A stretch of DNA of 47,383 nt from a virus, in IMG/VR virus record IMGVR_UViG_3300027509_000005; one strand, written 5' to 3'. The notes under the pieces are model-generated. The model was given only the letters and a program-made list of their open reading frames with translations, searched no databases and was not told the origin of the DNA. The position numbers were made by a program, and so were the translations under genes. Positions 23,728 to 32,305 of the stretch are shown here, piece by piece (position 1 is the stretch's first letter; every line of letters starts with the position of its first letter).

Positions 23728-24507
23728 TTAGCACTCGCACTTACTTGTCATGTGGTAGTTTAGACCAATACCATTTTTGTGCCAGATGTTATTACCGCCT
23801 GAGTCCTCAATAGAAATAACCATTCTAAATGCATAATTCCTTGTAGTTTCTGCTGGAATACAGATTGGAACGTCTTTATCCATGTCCTCACTAATAAACC
23901 TGTCTGCATCAACTCTTTCACCACGCCTCTTGAAATCTTCCCATCCTGCGCCATCTATATTTATCTGTATGTTTCTTCGTACAAAAGTACCTGCTGATAT
24001 TGTGTACTCGTAAGGAACGTCAATATGCAGGAAACCGCACATAGTACAGCATGTGTCGTTTACAATGTCCACGCTATGATCTGCGCCAACGTACCACGTA
24101 TCATTGAATACACCGCCATCTGGATTAGCTGTATTAGCTGAAACGTCTTGATCAAAGGTGTTTTCTGATGGTGTGGTAGCGTCCTGACCGTTTCTTGTGA
24201 CTGGATTGCAAGGCATAATCAGCTTTTTACCAGCTTTTATGTTTTCATCGTCTATTTGGATAAGATTGCTGCCTGTAATGTCTTTCTGAACTCCACAGTT
24301 ATCCTGTAAACATGCTTGATTAATGATCTCAGATCGTATTTCGTCAAAAAAGGCTGCTTGCTCATCTTTAATCTCTTGAAGTTTAGGCTCTAAAATCCCA
24401 CATACTTCTTCTGATCGTACAAAAGAGTTGTTGCCACAAAAACACTCCTCGACTGCGTTTCCACAGCAAGATTGCATACTTGTAGTTGAGTTAAGTGTTT
24501 GCGTCAT
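23728..24507 (-). CDS. Cys-rich tail-associated protein, 259 aa
   Basis: ATG lies 8 nt downstream of a TGGTATAAT box. N-terminal Cys cluster. Confidence 0.5.
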   Translation of the reverse strand: MTQTLNSTTSMQSCCGNAVEECFCGNNSFVRSEEVCGILEPKLQEIKDEQAAFFDEIRSEIINQACLQDNCGVQKDITGSNLIQIDDENIKAGKKLIMPCNPVTRNGQDATTPSENTFDQDVSANTANPDGGVFNDTWYVGADHSVDIVNDTCCTMCGFLHIDVPYEYTISAGTFVRRNIQINIDGAGWEDFKRRGERVDADRFISEDMDKDVPICIPAETTRNYAFRMVISIEDSGGNNIWHKNGIGLNYHMTSKCEC

Positions 24508-24508
24508 A

Positions 24509-24524
24509 TATTTACATTATACCA
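24509..24524 (-). promoter_or_regulatory. Late-type promoter box TGGTATAATGTAAATA
   Basis: This 16-mer is identical to 31756..31771. It occupies the 20-nt gap before the ATG at 24507. Confidence 0.6.
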
Positions 24525-24527
24525 TGA

Positions 24528-27113
24528 TTAGTCTTCTTGCTGTGGTACGTTATTTGGATCAAACCAACACTCACCAGTTCCATTCCAACCTACGACACAA
24601 GGATTTCCGTCTGCGTCCGTTGCGCCTGTCTCTCTATGCCATCCTGCGAGGTTTACTGGACAGATTGGATATCCTGCTGGTCGTTCGCATGAAACGTATG
24701 TAGTGCCGCCTCCAGTGTTACCGCCTCCGTTATCCACAGGGCAAGTACATGAATTTAAGCCTGAAACGTCTGTAATTACGCCATTTTCATTTTTGTAACG
24801 TGTACCGCCACATATTTCAAATGGTGCGTCAGTATATCGTTCTACTTCTTTGGTGTATTTCTCACAAGAAGCAACATCTGCTGTAAGACACTCATAATCA
24901 TCTACACTCCAGTTTCCACCATTAGGGCTAGATACTAAGTCTAAGTTCTCCTGGTAAGTATCCATAGGCTGATCGTATAGACCTGCGTTGTTTCGATCTG
25001 GGTAGTAGTGACCTGCATAGAAGAAGTTAGGGTCATTAGAAACACCTGCAAAGTCGAAACAGTTGTGGCCACCTGCCGCATTACTATCTGCTAGTCCATG
25101 AGCATTTCCCCAACGTGCAGGAGATACATATAATACTTTGTCAGCAGTCAATCCTACTGTATTTCGATACCAAGGCATAATCATTGCTACGAAAGTCTCC
25201 CATGCTTGTACTGTAGTGTGTACTGGGTCTGCTGTATTTCCTCCTGGTGCTTCATGTGGCTCATTTACGATATCTACACCTAACAATGCTGGGTGATTCT
25301 TAACCTGTACTGTATTTCCATTGATATCAGTAAATGTATGATTCATCAATGAAAGGATATAGTTCTTGTAATGCGCTTCACCAGGGCTATTTGGAACTGT
25401 AACATTTTGTCCACAAATAGTAGCGTATTTCTTATCACCTTGACCTGGGTGCAATACGTCCAGCACTACTTGTATACCTGCTGTTTGTGCGTTATTTAGG
25501 AGATTAGATACATGACCGATCAATGCTGGATCTACTGCATTTGTATTACAGTCATATAGCCATGTTGTATCTCCTGCTACACCGCCTCCTGCTGGCTCTC
25601 CTAGAGGATATCGTATCGCTGTTATACAACGTCCATTTTGTGTAAGTTGCTGTAATGTTGAAGCAGATGGTGCATTTTGTGGAAGCTGATTGTTTTGGCT
25701 AAACTCATGTCCTGCAAGATTTATAAAACTAATCCCTGCCATATTACAGTGGTAGTCTTTCATTGGAATTGAGATACAAGTGTCGTTTTGAATATCTCCA
25801 TTACTGTCCATCTCGTAAGGGTTTAGTCCATAACCACACTGATTACATCCTGGTAGTTCTGACCATCCCCATCCTTCACCTGTAGCCCAAGGTGCTATAT
25901 CAACGCCATAACAAGCTGCTTGCTTGTAAACTAACTCATCAAGTGCGTTCCATTTTGCACAATCTCCTGGGATAACTGTCTTATCGTGTTCTGACATCCA
26001 TATTGTCGCATATTCAAAGATCACGCCACGCTGTCCCATTGTTTTAAGACATTCATAGTATGACTGCATTTGTGTCAAAGCTCGTGCCTGTAGAGCGTCT
26101 GTAGGCTCTAAGCACTCACAGAGATTGTTTGGGTCAGTTCCTTCAAAGCACTCCTCACCATCTTCTACCCATTCACATGTTCTCATGGGATCTACAATAA
26201 TTGTGCCATCTTCACAGACAGTACAGCAATCACATGGCGTGTAAGTTGTAAGGACGTTGCCATCTTTATCATAGAATCGAGTAGCTACGACTGTATCAGT
26301 ATTTGGGTTTTTATCAATCCTCTTTTCACCTTTATTGCATTTTCCGTCTGCATCCTCGTAACAGATATATCCATCAAAGATATCTGTAATTGTTGGTAGT
26401 GTGTTTGTTTCAGTAACACAAGCCACAATTAAGTTAGGGTCTAATACATCCCCATTCTTATCAAAATATAGCTGTGCGACTGTACTTGTATTTGTTGTTT
26501 CGTTTGTGGTCACTTGCTCCATACATGTACCCTGACTCTGAGATGCTCCATCTGTGTAACAAACAATCCTAAACTTCCTGTAGGATATCGTTGTATTGGT
26601 GTCTGTAGTGCCGCCTGTGCCGATTAAATCTTCAGCGCATACCCAAGCACCATTTATGTACTTTGCCACCTGTCCCTCGCCACAATCAAGGTCTGCGAGT
26701 ACGTCTGTATTTGGGATTGTAGTATCAGGAATTGTTGTGTCAGTGTCAGTATCTATATCATCTGCACATTCCCATGAAGTTCCGTTCCATTTTGGTAGTT
26801 GACCAACGCCACAAGAAAGAGACGCAAGGGTATCAGTCCCTCCAACGCCTACGTTATCGTCTCCACACTCCCATTCGCCAGAAGTGACGTTATACTTCAT
26901 TACTTGACCATCTCCACAGTCTGGTGGGGTAAATCCTCCACAATCGTCACAGTTAGCTTGTAAAGAGTCTAAGAACTCCTGCTCTGTGCCTGTATTTCCC
27001 TGTTCGAGCCATGCTTCATAGAGAGCTTGCATGATCTGATCGTTTGTAAGGTCTATTTCGACATTACAACCGCATCCTTTATAAGTTTGTGACCAAAAGT
27101 TGTGACCTGGCAT
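24528..27113 (-). CDS. Tail fiber with GH5-like (cellulase-family) glycoside hydrolase domain
   Basis: N-terminus ..QIMQALYEAWLEQGNTGTEQEFLDSLQ is the common tail-fiber N-motif. Three CxGxGQ..W.C modules follow. GH5-like string: VVLDVLHPGQG .. LLGVDIVNEPHE (NEP acid/base) .. FFYAGHYYPD. The nucleophile Glu was not confidently located. Confidence 0.55.
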   Translation of the reverse strand: MPGHNFWSQTYKGCGCNVEIDLTNDQIMQALYEAWLEQGNTGTEQEFLDSLQANCDDCGGFTPPDCGDGQVMKYNVTSGEWECGDDNVGVGGTDTLASLSCGVGQLPKWNGTSWECADDIDTDTDTTIPDTTIPNTDVLADLDCGEGQVAKYINGAWVCAEDLIGTGGTTDTNTTISYRKFRIVCYTDGASQSQGTCMEQVTTNETTNTSTVAQLYFDKNGDVLDPNLIVACVTETNTLPTITDIFDGYICYEDADGKCNKGEKRIDKNPNTDTVVATRFYDKDGNVLTTYTPCDCCTVCEDGTIIVDPMRTCEWVEDGEECFEGTDPNNLCECLEPTDALQARALTQMQSYYECLKTMGQRGVIFEYATIWMSEHDKTVIPGDCAKWNALDELVYKQAACYGVDIAPWATGEGWGWSELPGCNQCGYGLNPYEMDSNGDIQNDTCISIPMKDYHCNMAGISFINLAGHEFSQNNQLPQNAPSASTLQQLTQNGRCITAIRYPLGEPAGGGVAGDTTWLYDCNTNAVDPALIGHVSNLLNNAQTAGIQVVLDVLHPGQGDKKYATICGQNVTVPNSPGEAHYKNYILSLMNHTFTDINGNTVQVKNHPALLGVDIVNEPHEAPGGNTADPVHTTVQAWETFVAMIMPWYRNTVGLTADKVLYVSPARWGNAHGLADSNAAGGHNCFDFAGVSNDPNFFYAGHYYPDRNNAGLYDQPMDTYQENLDLVSSPNGGNWSVDDYECLTADVASCEKYTKEVERYTDAPFEICGGTRYKNENGVITDVSGLNSCTCPVDNGGGNTGGGTTYVSCERPAGYPICPVNLAGWHRETGATDADGNPCVVGWNGTGECWFDPNNVPQQED

Positions 27114-27174
27114 ATATTTGTTTAAGATAATTTATCTTATAAGAGAGTGGGTTTTCCACTCCCTTAAAGGTAAA

Positions 27175-27345
27175 CTATTTACCTGCATTACTAGGGTGTA
27201 GCTTCTTTCCTAGTTTCTTGTGCATCTTTTCGATTGCTTGTGCGCCTTTTTCCAGTTCTGCCACTGTTGGCTTTTCTGAAAGTTTAGCGAAAAGCATAGT
27301 CTTATATGTGATTTCGTAGAGACTCCCTACCTTTTTTGCTTCCAT
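27175..27345 (-). CDS. Small hypothetical protein, 56 aa
   Basis: My translation is MEAKKVGSLYEITYKTMLFAKLSEKPTVAELEKGAQAIEKMHKKLGKKLHPSNAGK. TAATG overlap with the upstream small ORF. Confidence 0.45.
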   Translation of the reverse strand: MEAKKVGSLYEITYKTMLFAKLSEKPTVAELEKGAQAIEKMHKKLGKKLHPSNAGK

Positions 27346-27515
27346 TATTTTTTCTTATAACTTTTTACAAAATCCTCAGCCATCTTCTTTGCGTCAGCTT
27401 TCTTAATATCTACCTCCTCAGACTTTCCCCAAAAGAAACGAGCTATTATTTCTTTCTGGTTTGTTATAAGGAAGTGTTTTGCGTCTTTGTCTTTTGTGAT
27501 TTCCTCAGTTTTCAT
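27345..27515 (-). CDS. Small hypothetical protein, 56 aa
   Basis: My translation is MKTEEITKDKDAKHFLITNQKEIIARFFWGKSEEVDIKKADAKKMAEDFVKSYKKK. Together with the next ORF it fills a 418-bp gap. Confidence 0.45.
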   Translation of the reverse strand: MKTEEITKDKDAKHFLITNQKEIIARFFWGKSEEVDIKKADAKKMAEDFVKSYKKK

Positions 27516-27531
27516 AATTCTTTTAAAACAT

Positions 27532-28584
27532 TTAATTAGGTACGTTGTCAGTTACGATAAGTGTTGAGGTGGAGTTGTCAGTAACTTTATTTGCTGTATT
27601 TGAGTTGATATTCAGGTATGTATTGTTTGCTGGAGCGTCAACCTGAATATATGTACCATAAGCACGTGTAGACGTAGAGCTTTCTGTGAATACTGGCTTA
27701 TTGATAACCACGTTCTCGCCATCGTTGACATGAATACCTATCGCTGGTCGATTTCCTGCACCATAAGTAGGACTGTTCATGTGGTGATATGTGTCGTTAA
27801 TAGAGATACCACTTGAAGCACTGCCACCAGTACCATCTCCAATTAAGATGTCTCCACCACCATTACTTTCAAAGTAAAGTGAGTTTAACTGCTTTCCCAA
27901 TCCCCACTCAAATTGCATCCCAACTCCTTCGCAAACTGATGCGTTAAGACCATTTCCGATTAAGCCAGCTCCAGCGTCAAAGAAGAATCCTCTAGCACCA
28001 GCATTGATAACGGAAACATGCGAAAGATTCAGTTGATGATTAGCGAATGTTGAAGCAACAAAGCCATCGCCCTCAACATTTCTCACCTCAACATTTTTCC
28101 ACAGAGAACTCCATGACCATTCCAGATATACGCCTCTTGCGCCTCCAAGTATAAACACATTTTCCACTCGTGATTGTCGTGCAAATCCTTTCAAATGAAG
28201 TGCGTCTCCAGACTGAGGGTTACCAACGATGTGCATGTCTTTAATAGCACAGTTTCTCAATACTGTAGCCTCTACCTTGTTTACTGTAAATGTGTGTTCT
28301 CCTGTAGTACTTTCATTTTCGATGATCGTTGCTATACCCTCGCCCTCAATGATCGTTCCATCAACTAAAAGTTCATTCTCTTTACTTTTTTTGTAATGAC
28401 CATGATTGACATGAACAATACCGCCATTAGGCAAAGCATCGAGGGCCTCTTTTATCTGAACATCTGCTGTAGTTGATCCTGCTGGCACGATAAATTCAGC
28501 ATTGGAGTAACCGACAGTCTTATGTCCTGACATCGCTCCGATTACTCCTGCATCATCGTAGAGTGAAATTAAATCTGGTGGCAT
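27532..28584 (-). CDS. Right-handed beta-helix (pectate-lyase-3-like) tailspike / depolymerase
   Basis: ADVQIKEALDALPNGGIVHVNHGHYK matches the Pectate_lyase_3 N-motif. Periodic G/N/V-rich coils follow (NVxxxGG..G). Confidence 0.6.
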   Translation of the reverse strand: MPPDLISLYDDAGVIGAMSGHKTVGYSNAEFIVPAGSTTADVQIKEALDALPNGGIVHVNHGHYKKSKENELLVDGTIIEGEGIATIIENESTTGEHTFTVNKVEATVLRNCAIKDMHIVGNPQSGDALHLKGFARQSRVENVFILGGARGVYLEWSWSSLWKNVEVRNVEGDGFVASTFANHQLNLSHVSVINAGARGFFFDAGAGLIGNGLNASVCEGVGMQFEWGLGKQLNSLYFESNGGGDILIGDGTGGSASSGISINDTYHHMNSPTYGAGNRPAIGIHVNDGENVVINKPVFTESSTSTRAYGTYIQVDAPANNTYLNINSNTANKVTDNSTSTLIVTDNVPN

Positions 28585-28603
28585 AACTTTGATTTGTTTT
28601 TGA

Positions 28604-31600
28604 TTACATCTGTCTCCATATAGCAGCTACTGCATCGTAGTAAGTCATACGTCCAGTTGCGCTGTTATAGTACTGTTCTCCACCTACGAGCGGAGTACCA
28701 TTTGCTGCGACTGTTGGGTTTGCTGTTAGATTAAGAAGTCCTGCGTGGAAGCTGTGTACACCATTGTAAGTCACTGCGTAGGCGTTGCTTCTTGCTGCTG
28801 GCCCTGTAAGACCATTACCAATGATAAATGCGTAGTCATCGTTTGCTGCTGCTGTTAGCACTGCACCCTGTTGGATGTTATGCAAACCAATTGCTGTCTG
28901 TGCTCGACAACCTGTAATTGTTCCATGTCCCATTGCTACAGAAGTGATACCTTCTGTGAGAGTTCTAAAACCCTGTGCGAATGAGATATCTGCGTCTGCT
29001 ACTGATTCTTGACCAATAGCGGTTGAGTTTACGTTGTTTGCTCTTGTGTCTCCACCTGTTGCAAATGCGCTCTGTGCTGTTGCTTCTGATCGTTGACCAG
29101 ATGTGAATGAGCTTTGTCCTGAAGCAATTGTAAATGATCCAAATGAGCTTGCTGCTGATCCTGTAGCTTGCGTTGTGACGTTAGCTGACAGTGATGAGAA
29201 ACCACTTGCTATTGTATTTGATCCTGTTGCAAATGCCTGACTGTTAGATGCAAGGTTGTTAGCTCCCTGTGTTGCTGAAGCAAATGCAGTAGCGTTACCA
29301 CCTGAGCCTAAGTTGGATGAGATGAATCCACTCGCTGTATTTCCATTACCTGTTGAAAAGCTGTATGTGCCTGAAGCTACGTTTGCACCATTGAATGATG
29401 CTGATCGTGCGCCTGAAGCAAGTCCTCCAAGTCCATGTACAAGCGACTGATTTCCTGTAGCTGTACCATTAAATGTACTGATCGCTACTCGGCTGTGTCG
29501 TGTTGTAATTCCATTTACTGCTGTTTCGTCTGAGTCAGCGTGAGAAACTCCTATAACTGTTGGGCCAACTGATCCACCATGTAGGTTGTTTACATGCAGT
29601 GTCCTGTGAAGAATCTGTGGTGTACACCCAAATAGTGCAGTACGTCCATCTTCATCTTTAATGATTGTTCCTTCACACCAAGGCTCTAAGTTTCCATTTC
29701 CATCATCGTGAGTAATTGTCCTTTCTCCGTCTACACCTGTTGATACAGTAATAGATGAAGTTGATCCAACACCTCCCTGAATGTCACCCTGAATATCAGC
29801 GATTATAGTATTGAACTCTGTTTTTTCTACAACTCGTGGACAATCTACAATTTCTGGGTCTACAAGCTCTACTCCCTCTGAATCTACTGGTACTGGGGGT
29901 ACACTTGAGTCTACGTTTCCATCACAGTCTAGTACATATCGGTATGCGCCTTTTAGTGTTTGTGGCTTTGTACCTGAACAAACTACCTCTGTCCAGTTGA
30001 TAAATACATCGTTTCCATTTGTTTCAGCGTTGTTTGAGATAAATGCGATCTCGACTGTTCCTGTAGTATCTGCAATCCATGAAACAGTGTATACATTTCC
30101 ATCGTCAGTATTGAGTCCTGCACCGATTGGGCCTGTATTATCTACAATCACGCCATTTACTACCATTCCAATGTCAGCGAGTGATACGTTATTTGCGTCA
30201 TTGTAATCTGGTGTGTGTGTATCTTTGATCTTTAGCTTCAATGAGTAACACTTGCCTTCCTCAACGTCAATATCTCGGTAAAGCATCCTTTGTCCTGATG
30301 CGCCTGTTGATGGTTGTAGGTTAAATGCTGCATATCCACTAGCAAAAGGTGCGTATTCTATCCAGTTACCATGAATGTCTGGCTGTGCGCCACCATTTGA
30401 TACTGGTACGAATCCTGCTGGCATAACCATGTAAATACCCTCTGCATAAAGCTGTGCAAAGTAAGGTGCGCCAGAAGTGGCTAGTGTAAAGTCTGTATTC
30501 CATGAACCAAGTCCGTCTGGTGCAAGTGTTCCTGCTGTCTGATCGCTTGGTGTTTCAAAATCTTCTCGGAAAAGAGTAACTTCATTTGTACAATCACAGA
30601 TTTCTTCCTCACCAACGTAACAGAACTCGCCATGAATAGCGTGATCTGGACATGCTGGGCTTTCTGTATTAGTTACAACACCATTTGAGTCTTGATTCCA
30701 CACATAATCTGGGTTTCCTGTTGTTCCATCGCCTACAAGTATTAGGATTCCAGGATCAACAATGTTATTTGTTGTGATATATGTGCTTACTTCCGCTTCT
30801 GTAGGATTTTCTGGGTCTGCAAAAGCACTAGCTGGGATTTCAGTAGTAATAGGGCAACATTTATCAGGACTTTCTGTGTTGATGATAACGCCATTGTGAT
30901 CTACATACCATGTGTAGTCTGGATCTTCTGCTGTTCCGTCTCCGATGTAGTAAAGGTATGTGTTTGTAACGCTGTTATTTGCTACATAGGTAGCTACACC
31001 GCTATCTGGATCACCTGCTGTAGTCAAATCCGCGTCAGTAACTGGTGCAACTTCTACACAGCAATCCTTTTTAACTGTAGTAAGGCTCCAAGATGTTCCG
31101 TCCCATTCGTAAAATACGATACAGTCTCTATAGATCTGATCGTGAGTTGATCCTGCTGCTGCTACATTGGCTGGGGGATCTACTGGTGTTGCTGGAACTG
31201 GGTCTGGACAATTCTCTTCTACTGTACTTCCACTAACTGTTCGACAACACAAAAGATCTGTAAGGTCTACAGGGTGTGTTGTGCCATTACTATCTGTAAT
31301 GGTCAAAATAAGTGTATCTGGGTCAAAATCGAAGTTTGTTACTTCAACATCAACAGTGTAATCGAGTTCTTTTACGCTACATCCGCCATTTGCGTCTATA
31401 ACGAGTACTTTATCACCATTAATTGCTGCTGTAGTACCTTCTGGAACTCCTGCCATCATTTCACAAATAGATGGGAGTGTGATCTTTTCACATGTACCAT
31501 CTTGCTTGCAAACGACAAATTCGTCTGTTGGGTCGAATGTTCCGTCACCAATCATCTTATAAGCAGCACAAAGCTCCTCTGGTGTTAGTGGTGCGCCTCC

Positions 31601-31708
31601 TAGATCGCACATCTTGCAATCTCGTCCGTCTACTGTTAGTTTCCAACAGCCATCTTTCCAGACTGCTTCAACTAAACGCTTCCCTATTCCTTGACTTGTT
31701 CTTGACAT
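28604..31708 (-). CDS. Long tail fiber with CBM-like jelly-roll region and YadA/Hep_Hag-like S-x-A-x-G repeat head (first ATG)
   Basis: Repeats ..ASGARSASFNGANVASGTYSFSTGNGNTASGF..SQAFATGSNTIASGF..SAFATGGDTRANNVNSTAIGQ.. occur at roughly nt 28890..29620. The track start at 31774 is a TTG lying inside a promoter box. Confidence 0.6.
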   Translation of the reverse strand: MSRTSQGIGKRLVEAVWKDGCWKLTVDGRDCKMCDLGGAPLTPEELCAAYKMIGDGTFDPTDEFVVCKQDGTCEKITLPSICEMMAGVPEGTTAAINGDKVLVIDANGGCSVKELDYTVDVEVTNFDFDPDTLILTITDSNGTTHPVDLTDLLCCRTVSGSTVEENCPDPVPATPVDPPANVAAAGSTHDQIYRDCIVFYEWDGTSWSLTTVKKDCCVEVAPVTDADLTTAGDPDSGVATYVANNSVTNTYLYYIGDGTAEDPDYTWYVDHNGVIINTESPDKCCPITTEIPASAFADPENPTEAEVSTYITTNNIVDPGILILVGDGTTGNPDYVWNQDSNGVVTNTESPACPDHAIHGEFCYVGEEEICDCTNEVTLFREDFETPSDQTAGTLAPDGLGSWNTDFTLATSGAPYFAQLYAEGIYMVMPAGFVPVSNGGAQPDIHGNWIEYAPFASGYAAFNLQPSTGASGQRMLYRDIDVEEGKCYSLKLKIKDTHTPDYNDANNVSLADIGMVVNGVIVDNTGPIGAGLNTDDGNVYTVSWIADTTGTVEIAFISNNAETNGNDVFINWTEVVCSGTKPQTLKGAYRYVLDCDGNVDSSVPPVPVDSEGVELVDPEIVDCPRVVEKTEFNTIIADIQGDIQGGVGSTSSITVSTGVDGERTITHDDGNGNLEPWCEGTIIKDEDGRTALFGCTPQILHRTLHVNNLHGGSVGPTVIGVSHADSDETAVNGITTRHSRVAISTFNGTATGNQSLVHGLGGLASGARSASFNGANVASGTYSFSTGNGNTASGFISSNLGSGGNATAFASATQGANNLASNSQAFATGSNTIASGFSSLSANVTTQATGSAASSFGSFTIASGQSSFTSGQRSEATAQSAFATGGDTRANNVNSTAIGQESVADADISFAQGFRTLTEGITSVAMGHGTITGCRAQTAIGLHNIQQGAVLTAAANDDYAFIIGNGLTGPAARSNAYAVTYNGVHSFHAGLLNLTANPTVAANGTPLVGGEQYYNSATGRMTYYDAVAAIWRQM

Positions 31709-31755
31709 ATAATTTTTATTATACGCAGAACGCTCTATAATTCGCCCAAATGAAT

Positions 31756-31771
31756 TATTTACATTATACCA
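31756..31771 (-). promoter_or_regulatory. Late-type promoter box TGGTATAATGTAAATA
   Basis: This 16-mer is identical to 24509..24524 and lies upstream of the long fiber gene. A second TATAAT at 31718..31723 lies 9 nt before the ATG. Confidence 0.6.
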
Positions 31772-31783
31772 CAATCACGATTT

Positions 31784-32296
31784 TTAATTTAAGAAATCAT
31801 TTAGCACATTATATGCTTCTGTGATTTTCTTGAACTCTTTTGTGGTGTGATCTTTATGCTGTGTTTGTAATCTCCTAAAATAGTATCTGACATCTGCGAG
31901 ATTGGCTGATAATGGGAGATTTAGTATCTCGTAGTATTCTGCCTTCTCTTGGATGTTCTTAGACTTGATGAGAGGCGTGTGCTTGCCCTCTAAGGCTTGT
32001 CTGACGTTATTGTGACCTGTTACGAGTCTATCGTCTGGAAAAGCCAGTAAAGGGATCTGTACGTTGCCAAATAGCTTTACCATCTCTTGATAGTTTAGTG
32101 CCATTTGCTTATTTCTCTTACACGATCCATTCTTACAGTCATTTTCAGGGTTGATCTTGCAAGCGTGACACGTTACTGCTGTCTTGGTTGCATTTACGAT
32201 CCTAAAAGGCTTTGATTGCTGCCTAATAAGTGACATGAGCTTCTTATTTGAGCAACATGCCGCACAGTATAGGGTTAAAACTTCTACTTTTGCCAT
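31784..32296 (-). CDS. Glutaredoxin/thioredoxin-fold CxxC protein fused to a C-terminal J-like domain (HKD)
   Basis: N-terminus VEVLTLYCAACCS..FRIV .. VQIPLLAFPDDRLVTGHNNVRQAL gives the Grx topology: CxxC, cis-Pro, G motif. An inserted Cys4 segment (CHAC..C..C) is present. C-terminus YYEILNLPLSANLADVRYYFRRLQTQHKDHTTKEFKKITEAYNVLND covers J-domain helices I-III. Confidence 0.65.
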   Translation of the reverse strand: MAKVEVLTLYCAACCSNKKLMSLIRQQSKPFRIVNATKTAVTCHACKINPENDCKNGSCKRNKQMALNYQEMVKLFGNVQIPLLAFPDDRLVTGHNNVRQALEGKHTPLIKSKNIQEKAEYYEILNLPLSANLADVRYYFRRLQTQHKDHTTKEFKKITEAYNVLNDFLN

Positions 32297-32305
32297 ATTT
32301 ATACT

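Noticed and set aside
27124-27138. Perfect palindrome AAGATAA-A-TTATCTT just upstream of the GH5 fiber start
   Set aside because: Palindromes with 7-bp arms are expected a few times by chance in AT-rich DNA of this length. No second copy was found.
31709-31774. TTG start at 31774 for the long fiber (MWYNVNN..)
   Set aside because: The first codons are the promoter box itself (TTG-TGG-TAT-AAT-GTA-AAT = TGGTATAATGTAAAT), which is identical to the box at 24509..24524. The first ATG at 31708 is preferred.
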